A DNA stretch of 64,000 nucleotides from NCBI GenBank assembly GCA_041389145.1, contig JAWKSK010000003.1:128-64127 (forward strand), written 5' to 3'. Positions within the stretch are counted from its first letter, which is position 1; each line of letters starts with the position of its first letter. This stretch comes from Patescibacteria group bacterium. Lineage in GTDB: Bacteria; Patescibacteriota; Kazan-3B-28. Made by a program: the position numbers and the translations under genes. This document shows, one piece after another, positions 57,221 to 64,000 of the stretch. The notes under the pieces were generated by a model. The model had not been told where the DNA came from and ran no database searches. It saw only the letters and a list, made by a program, of their open reading frames with translations.

Positions 57221-57709
57221 TTATACCGAGCCAGCGAGCTTCAGGCCACCTAATGTTGCAAGGGTAACCAGTACGGATGCTGCCAGAGCTCCTGCAAGGA
57301 TGGCAGGCATTGCATTGCGATATGGAATACCAAATAGGTAGGCAACGATTGTGGCTGTCCAAACCCCAGTAAGTGGAAGCGGAATAGCAACTAGAATAAT
57401 GAGAGCCAAACTACCCCAACGATTTACCGTCTCAGAATGCTGACGATATTTAGCATCAAAAAATATTTGAGCGTATTCTCCCAACTTGTCATGCAGTCCT
57501 TTAGTCCAATTGATCAAACCATCTAAGAAGGGGAGGAGTAGCACTGGAACCAAACCACTTCCAATAAAGGCGAGTGCCAAAACGAGAGTTGGTGATAGTT
57601 GGTGAACAACAATACCCAAGGGAATGCTAGCTCGCACCTCTAAGAGGGGAATGAAACTAGTTACAAAAACAGAAATAACTGGGTTAAGAGAGCCAAGGTA
57701 ATCTAACAT
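57221..57709 (-). CDS. Small multidrug-export-family (Sm_multidrug_ex-like) membrane protein
   Basis: [15 protein letters not shown] signature. 162 aa with four TM segments. Confidence 0.55.
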   Translation of the reverse strand: MLDYLGSLNPVISVFVTSFIPLLEVRASIPLGIVVHQLSPTLVLALAFIGSGLVPVLLLPFLDGLINWTKGLHDKLGEYAQIFFDAKYRQHSETVNRWGSLALIILVAIPLPLTGVWTATIVAYLFGIPYRNAMPAILAGALAASVLVTLATLGGLKLAGSV

Positions 57710-58523
57710 GGAAAATATTTATTCCAATTAATATAGCACCCAGAATGATGCGATAGATTGCGAATGGAATAAGACTATGTGTCTTTAAGAAATCGAGCAT
57801 GAACTTAATTGCAATGTATCCAGAAATAAATGCAGTAGTAAATGCGATCACTAAAACAGTGATATCCATATTGGCTGGGGGAGAGGAGATGACTTGCAAT
57901 AAAGAATAACCACCTGCCATAAGAATAGTTGGAGCACCGATGAGAAATGAGAACTTTGCTGCCTGATCTCTTTTTAATCCCTGATAGATACCGGCCGAGA
58001 TGGTGGCTCCAGAACGTGAGACACCGGGAATTACAGCTGCAGCTTGAGCGATACCAACACTAATAGTGTCCCATATAGTTACCTTGCTGAGATTGCGTTT
58101 TGGTTTAGCAATCTTTTCGATCACGATAAACAAAATACCAACTGCAATTAAGGCAGAGGCGACATAGACGGTCTCGCGAGCGATGCCTTCTGCGATGTCC
58201 TTCATTAATAATGCTCCGAGAATCGCTGGAATGGTGGCAATAAGAATGTATTTAAATAGGAGCTGATGTTCAAAGCTGGCTTTAGTTTTAGATTTAGAAA
58301 CAAGAGCTAAATAAAACTCTTTCCAGTCAGACCAAAAGTAAATGATCACCGCGAAGAGGGTAGCGAAGTGCATGACCATATCAAATTCCAAACCCTGGTC
58401 CGGCCAACCTAGAAGATCGCGACCAATTACTAAATGCCCAGTTGAACTAATGGGCAGGAATTCGGTAAGACCTTGAATCAAACCAAGAATGGCTGCCTGA
58501 ATGTATGATGCGTACATTTCCAT
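57684..58523 (-). CDS. uppP: Undecaprenyl-diphosphate phosphatase
   Basis: GLTEFLPISSTGHL, PGVSRSGATI and FSFLIGAPTI. Confidence 0.9.
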   Translation of the reverse strand: MEMYASYIQAAILGLIQGLTEFLPISSTGHLVIGRDLLGWPDQGLEFDMVMHFATLFAVIIYFWSDWKEFYLALVSKSKTKASFEHQLLFKYILIATIPAILGALLMKDIAEGIARETVYVASALIAVGILFIVIEKIAKPKRNLSKVTIWDTISVGIAQAAAVIPGVSRSGATISAGIYQGLKRDQAAKFSFLIGAPTILMAGGYSLLQVISSPPANMDITVLVIAFTTAFISGYIAIKFMLDFLKTHSLIPFAIYRIILGAILIGINIFHVRLPWLS

Positions 58524-60686
58524 TAGGGAACTACTACATTAATTTTCCATGTAACTACCGGTCCGAACCATGTCACAAACTCTGAAACGAGCCTAAATGA
58601 CTCTTGGTAACTACCGACCTTTTGCGGTGCAGTTATCGTGAAGGTGAGCATGAACTCATTACCTGGGAGAATAGTTAGGAAGGTGTTTGAGACCCGATTA
58701 GAACTTTCCCAACTTGGATTGTAGATTAAGCTAGTACGATCATTGGGGCCAGTAGTACCAAGTTTTACCTGACCATGGTTGAGTTGTCTCCAGTTGCGGC
58801 GACCAACTTGCCGATCCAGTGTTTTTGAATCTGACTGAGACAGTCTTGCTCTCACCGGGTGAGGGTGAGGTCGTCAGACTGACTGACCAACGATGCTCCA
58901 TATGCATTTGGTGACAAAAAATAACAAGTCTGAATCTCCACTGCCAGTAACATTGATTTCCCAATAGATACCCAAGTCATTAAACCAACTTACGTATTCT
59001 GATACAGGACGGAAGTATTCTTTAAACGTTCCTGCAACGTCAGGAGTTTTTACTTTGAATTCAAATCTAAAGTACTTCACCTGATCTAACATAGTTAGAG
59101 CACATCAAACTCATACGGTTGGAAACCCAACCAACTACTGTCTTGAAAATACTTGTTCTGTCTAAATTTTGATCGGTTCCTAATTTAACGTTAGCGGTTG
59201 TTTGGTTTGCCAATGATGTCCCAAGCAACATTACTCTTGCAGTTACATCTACCCAGAGGTTTGGTGGTTTGACCAGGAGCTAAAACAAGGTATGGGCTTT
59301 GTTTAACCCAAGTCATGTTGCAGTTAGTAGTTCTTGGTTGCTGGAAGGTGAGCGAGAAGGTTATTGGTAAATGCTCCAGTGCTCTCTACAACTGCTTTTA
59401 CCCCTCGGAACCATTGAACCAACCTGGAAGGTAACTCTTCCAGTGTTGTCTGTATTACCAACTCCATAGCTGTTTACGAGACGTCGATTGATTAAATTAC
59501 CTTCACCATTAAGTCTGATGGTTACTGGAATATTGGGTTGTGCAACACCACTGCTATCAGCAACTGCGAATCTGCACCAGACTCATCAATCACCTGCAAC
59601 GATTGGTTTTTGACGCGCTAATTACTGCAGACTGTGAAAGCTTTGGTAGCTGAACTAATGCCAATGCATTTGAACCCATAACCAAAGTCGGTGGACGGAC
59701 TGGCTGAGCCGAGGAGTGTTGGTAGTAGTTAGTTTAGCCTCAAGTTGGGGAAGAAATAGATTACTGAGTTATGATGTTAACGAAGATACTGGTGACAATG
59801 GCAGTAAGTAAAGGACGAGCCCGCTCCTTGAGAGTAACCACCATCCAAGTCGGGTACTGCGATTTCTTCACCAGGTGCGGGTGAGGTCTAAACCAACACC
59901 GTAGTTGGTAAAGTAAGACTTTTTCAGAGTCTGACTCAGAGAACCTACGCTTATTACTGAAGAATATGCAGCGGGGAGACCTATCTGAACCAGCATTTCC
60001 TGCTGCGTACAAATAACGGCTACATTATTATTAATAGCGTAATTTATGGCAACCTTAAGATTTGCATCTGGGTATGCAGCACCAAAACTCATATTGATAA
60101 TGCGAGCACCATTATCTACTGCATAGTAGATTGATTTAACTACGTCGCCGTACTCACCACCGCCTGCGTTGTTAAGGCCTTTTACAGGCATAATGATTGC
60201 TTGTTGATTTACTCCAGCAATTCCTTGTCCGTTATTAGAATTAGCAGCGATGAGGCTTGCAATTCCAGTGCCATGACCATGATAGTCTTTAACGTCTGAG
60301 TTCTTTTCAGCAAAGTTATATCCATGATAGTCATCGATATACCCGTTACCATCGTCATCCTTGTTGTTGTTAGGAATCTCGTTGTTGTTGGTCCAGATTC
60401 TGCCAGCAAACTCTGGATGGGTAAGTTCTATTCCAGTATCAATAACCGCAACGATGATATTGCTTCCGGTGGTATAGTCCCAAGCCTGAGGAATCTGCAT
60501 GGTATTTAAATACCATTGCTGATGGAAGTAGGGGTCGCTGGCAATTTGAGTGACCTGGAAATCAGATTGGGTTCTAGAGATTGTGCCTGCGACGCTGAAG
60601 TCGGAGGGGTTGGAACTGGCCTGGACGTGACCGATAGAAGTAGTCACTAAGTACAGGGCCAAGATTAATTTTGAGATTGACCGCAT
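58523..60686 (-). pseudogene. Secreted subtilisin-like S8 peptidase with C-terminal tandem Ig-like (NBR1/FW-type) repeats; frameshifted from about 60010 downstream
   Basis: Signal peptide, then VAVIDTGIELTHPEF (Asp) and HGHGTGIASLIAA (His). AAGNAGS and GSSFTAAIVTS (Ser) are recovered only in other frames. Repeats such as FKNTGSASW...FEFKVKTPDVAGTFKEYFRPVSEYVSWFNDLGIYWEINV and FTITAPQKVGSYQESFRLVSEFVTWFGPVVTWKINV are spread over three frames. Confidence 0.6.
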
Positions 60687-60791
60687 AGAGTAATTTTAGC
60701 ACAGGAAAGCCTTTTTGGGTTTGACAAATTCCAGATATACCTCTAATTTGGTTGCTGTTAAGGTTAATATAGATATAGTAAATACAGAGCA

Positions 60792-60865
60792 GGGTCTATA
60801 GCTTAGTGGTAAAGCAGCTGCCTTTTAAGCAGTGGATGAAGGTTCGATTCCTTCTAGACCCACCA
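60792..60865 (+). tRNA. tRNA-Lys(TTT), CCA encoded
   Basis: GGGTCTA/TAGACCC acceptor, anticodon loop CTTTTAA, T-arm GAAGG-TTCGATT-CCTTC, 3' ACCA. Confidence 0.9.
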
Positions 60866-60867
60866 AC

Positions 60868-60889
60868 AAATCGCCCCAGGCGATTTTTT
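60868..60889 (+). terminator. Intrinsic terminator after tRNA-Lys
   Basis: AAATCGCC-cca-GGCGATTTTTT. Confidence 0.7.
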
Positions 60890-61760
60890 AGAATCCAAAA
60901 CCAGAAAATGGAGATTGATTAGGATTGTCTATTTGCTTACTAGATTCTGGTGCCAGGATCTGAGTAGTTGAGTTATGGTTTTTGAGATTCAGAGTAAGGT
61001 CGAAGGCGGTTGGAGAGTTACCATGCACATATACACCAGTTGCTGCGATTCTAACTATCTCAAAGTCTGAATAGCTAATATAGATATCTGGCTCATAGTC
61101 TGATAAGAATTCTAAATCTGGGAACTCGGCTGGAAGTTCTGGTAATGACTGTGATAAAAGTTTGATACTCTCTGGATTAAACTTGGCTTTGTAATGATAG
61201 ACTCGCTCACCGTTAACAAAAGAGACGGGTAAGGTTTCAGTAATTGTGAACGGAACTGTGCTAGATAGATTTTCTTCTAAATCAGAAATTTGGTCACCAG
61301 CAATTTGAGGAAGAGGGGACTGGGATGATTCAGTATTAATTCGGTACCAATTATTGTCACCACCTAGTGAAATAGGAACGAGAGTGGGAATACTCACGTC
61401 TGCTAGTTGAAAGTAGGTATTGTCTGGCAGACCAACCACCTGGCCGGAGAGTCTGATTTTGCCACGACTATTACCCCCGATAATTGTGGAGTTCACCCGA
61501 TATGCAGGATAATCTCCAACTGTAGTATCGAGCGTGCCTTGAAGGGCAATGTCAGCAGTGTCGATATTCCCGATAATATTGCTAGAGAGTCCGCCATTAA
61601 GATTGAGGTCAATTTCAAAATCAGCACTCATGAGCTCGAGCAATTGTTTACCAGTATGAGCAATTACGTCGTCGGGTTCAAGAGCTGGTTTAGTAGCACA
61701 TCCGGTAGCAAGTAGGGCAATCCCAAGCATTGGGACTAGAAGTTTTGGTTTTAAATTCAT
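60888..61760 (-). CDS. Lipoprotein of unknown function
   Basis: Signal peptide with lipobox LLATGC (MNLKPKLLVPMLGIALLATGCATKP). 290 aa. Confidence 0.6.
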   Translation of the reverse strand: MNLKPKLLVPMLGIALLATGCATKPALEPDDVIAHTGKQLLELMSADFEIDLNLNGGLSSNIIGNIDTADIALQGTLDTTVGDYPAYRVNSTIIGGNSRGKIRLSGQVVGLPDNTYFQLADVSIPTLVPISLGGDNNWYRINTESSQSPLPQIAGDQISDLEENLSSTVPFTITETLPVSFVNGERVYHYKAKFNPESIKLLSQSLPELPAEFPDLEFLSDYEPDIYISYSDFEIVRIAATGVYVHGNSPTAFDLTLNLKNHNSTTQILAPESSKQIDNPNQSPFSGFGF

Positions 61761-61778
61761 GCACTCATTATAGCAGGG

Positions 61779-62483
61779 CTACACGACCTGAATGAGACCT
61801 AGAGATTTTAGTTCTTCTCGCATCGCTGGATACTGCGGAAGTTGTTGTAGTTTCTGGAGTTCTTTTTTAACCACACCGGGTGAAACCTTTTTAACAGCAC
61901 CTGCTAACTTTTTAATTTGATTTGCAGTTTTAGCATCATACTTAAACCCTAGAGCATGACGCATCCTAATAGCTCGAAGAATTCGGATTGGGTCTTCTTG
62001 GAATCTAATTTCTGGATCACCAATCGCACGGATAGTTTTAGATTTAATATCCTTCTGGCCACCCAGGTAATCCAGGTAACGTTTGGTCTTTGGATTGTAG
62101 TAGATCGCATTAATAGTGAAGTCTCGGCGCTCTGCATCTTGAGCTACTAGTTTTACGAATTTAATCTCGTCTGGATATCTTTTAATTACACTAAAGTCAC
62201 CATGGTAAAGATCTTGGCGGAATGTAGTTACCTCGTAGTGTTTACCTTCGTAGACAAATGCAACTGTTCCAAATTTTTCATCAACGATGGATGGAATGAT
62301 GTTGTTGCGACGAAGCACCGATACCACTTCCTGTGGTATGGCAGAAGTAGCGATATCGACATCATTACGATCTGACTGACTACCAATTAACAAATCTCTG
62401 ACTTGGTTGCCAACAATATATGCACCATAGCCAGCATCCTGGAGCCAGAGCGCTGGAGTGAAGATGGTTGAGAGATTAGTCAT
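61779..62483 (-). CDS. tRNA nucleotidyltransferase / poly(A) polymerase family protein, short form (head and neck only)
   Basis: AYIVGNQVRDLLIG...DVDIATSA and RRDFTINAIYYN. Only 234 aa. Confidence 0.65.
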   Translation of the reverse strand: MTNLSTIFTPALWLQDAGYGAYIVGNQVRDLLIGSQSDRNDVDIATSAIPQEVVSVLRRNNIIPSIVDEKFGTVAFVYEGKHYEVTTFRQDLYHGDFSVIKRYPDEIKFVKLVAQDAERRDFTINAIYYNPKTKRYLDYLGGQKDIKSKTIRAIGDPEIRFQEDPIRILRAIRMRHALGFKYDAKTANQIKKLAGAVKKVSPGVVKKELQKLQQLPQYPAMREELKSLGLIQVV

Positions 62484-63276
62484 GATGAAGTCCGAATAAC
62501 TGGATAGCGTTTTGGGTGGTAGCGTCGACCACTTCTTTTACAGAAACTCCTTTAAGTTCTGCAACCATTCTAGCTGCCTCAACCACATATGCTGGTTCGC
62601 ATCTTTCACCGCGTAGTTGCTGTGGGGGAAGGTATGGTGAGTCGGTTTCAAGCAGCATTCGATCGAGGGGAATGATTTTAACCGCTTCTTGTAATGTCTT
62701 ACTACTTGGATAAGTAACTATATTATTAATACCTAAATTAAATCCTAGTTTTAAAAACTTCTGAGCATAGCTTGGGGTTCCTGTGAATGAGTGGACCACT
62801 CCAGGATGGCGACCGTTGAGGTGGGGAAGGTAGAAATCTTCCAATACGGAAATAACCTGAGCATATGAATCCCGACAATGCAGAATGACTGGCAGTTGAT
62901 GCTTGATTGCGATTTGGAGTTGTTGTTTAAAGGCTTCTACTTGGTCTCCGGCAGAAACTAGGTTGCGATAGTAGTCGAGACCAATCTCACCAATAGCAAC
63001 AACCTTAGGGTGGGATGCTAGTTCCTCAATGACTTCAATTTGCTGATCGATTTGGTCAGCAGAATGGGGATGGACTCCAACGCTTGCCGATAACCAATCA
63101 AATCGCTCTGAGAGTTTCACGGATTCTTGAGACGATTTTGCATCAACTCCAATATTTACTGCTGCTAATACAGAAGCCTGTTTCATTCTCTCAACCACTT
63201 GCTCTAGGTCGGCGTGGAATTGAGGGAAGTTGAGATGAATATGTGTATCTATTAGTTTCATTGAGCGTTTAACCAA
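62476..63276 (-). CDS. tatD: TatD-family metal-dependent hydrolase
   Basis: LIDTHIHLN, GEIGLDYY, ILHCRD, VHSFTG and ETDSPYL. Confidence 0.85.
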   Translation of the reverse strand: MVKRSMKLIDTHIHLNFPQFHADLEQVVERMKQASVLAAVNIGVDAKSSQESVKLSERFDWLSASVGVHPHSADQIDQQIEVIEELASHPKVVAIGEIGLDYYRNLVSAGDQVEAFKQQLQIAIKHQLPVILHCRDSYAQVISVLEDFYLPHLNGRHPGVVHSFTGTPSYAQKFLKLGFNLGINNIVTYPSSKTLQEAVKIIPLDRMLLETDSPYLPPQQLRGERCEPAYVVEAARMVAELKGVSVKEVVDATTQNAIQLFGLHHD

Positions 63277-64000
63277 CTAGCAATAACTACTAATAATACT
63301 ATTAAAACGCTGGAGATGATATTTTTGTTGCTCCACTTTTCTTTCAACAAATGTGCAGAGAACCAATAGACCAAGATGGGGGAGATTACCATTACCAACA
63401 TTGAAGAGGCCAAACCAATTTGTTGGAAGGAGGTGTAGATAGCAACTACCGCTAACACTGCTAAGCCGCCCAACATCATGGAGTAAGGGATGTGGTTCCA
63501 GCGCATGATAGAGAAGTTGGGACGAGAAACAATCGTAAGCGCTACGAAGATAAAGGCACACCTAATTAAATACAGTTCAATTGGCGGAAGACAGAAAGGA
63601 GGTTGTTTACAAAAATTAGTTCAACTCCATACACTCCCCAAAAACCCATAATTGAGAGAAGTTCGGGACTGAGTTTTATTCTTTTATTACTAAGATGGGC
63701 CCAGGCCAAAATGAGAGCAGAAGCAATGATTGCAAAGTAAATAATGGTGCTACGCTCAGCTGGAAAAGCAAGTGAGGCTATTAAAATAGCGGCCAATGGC
63801 TTGAAGATAATAAACGGCTCTACGTTTGATACGCTTTCACCTTCTAGCCCACGGAAGAATAGCACGTTTGCAAAAGTGCCTAGACCCGCAAGGCCAAGGA
63901 TTTGTGGCCAGTTATCAAAAATCATTTGTTTAGTTGGGAACTGATCCAAAAGAATGGATAGGATTACGAGCACTGTAACAATCCCCAAAAAAGCCAACCA
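63258..64000 (-). CDS. EamA/DMT-type transporter, 5' end outside the window, with an apparent frame break near 63510-63565
   Basis: Two adjacent same-strand ORFs (63566..63997 and 63258..63506), both all-TM and EamA-like, in different frames. Confidence 0.45.

Noticed and set aside
1-64000. A diversity-generating retroelement or retron associated with the surface proteins and the non-coding island
   Set aside because: No reverse-transcriptase-like ORF occurs in any frame, and I saw no template/variable repeat pair matching the 3' ends of the surface genes.

Overview
This 64-kb bacterial window is tentatively from a Patescibacteria/CPR-like, Saccharibacteria-type lineage. That guess rests on LPXTG-type sorting signals, paired ECF-sigma/DUF5667 modules, giant surface proteins and compact housekeeping genes. 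Recognisable core genes are rnhA, a ZIP transporter, rpmB, an M50 protease, mnmA, ndk, an M16 peptidase, rny, tsaE, tsaB, ruvB, uppP, tatD, a tRNA nucleotidyltransferase head-domain protein, five intact tRNAs and one defective tRNA-Asp. Accessory content is mostly cell envelope: a 2662-aa membrane-anchored adhesin-like protein, an 831-aa repeat protein, a roughly 1240-aa repetitive surface protein downstream of an ECF sigma pair, a triple lamin-tail-domain LPXTG protein, two GT9 glycosyltransferases and an O-antigen-ligase-like/TPR protein. The most unusual locus is a 1.7-kb ORF-free island at 36.56-38.25 kb next to a MerR-type HTH/coiled-coil gene. It holds at least 13 same-orientation copies of a 15-bp dyad motif (TRYAAC-N3-GTTRYA), a TGCGAT motif cluster and a 20-bp pure A/T tract. 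It also carries two candidate structured RNAs with clear intrinsic terminators, one of them behind a near-consensus promoter, followed by a GC-rich orphan gene bracketed by four more motif copies. A second candidate system is a membrane bPH_2 protein fused to an MshEN-type c-di-GMP-binding domain, sitting directly upstream of the giant adhesin. About 18 kb of the window lies in blocks dense with frameshifts, and the block edges fall inside genes. This suggests sequence-quality or strain-mixture artefacts as much as real pseudogenisation. No CRISPR array, rRNA, transposase, integrase or reverse transcriptase was seen.
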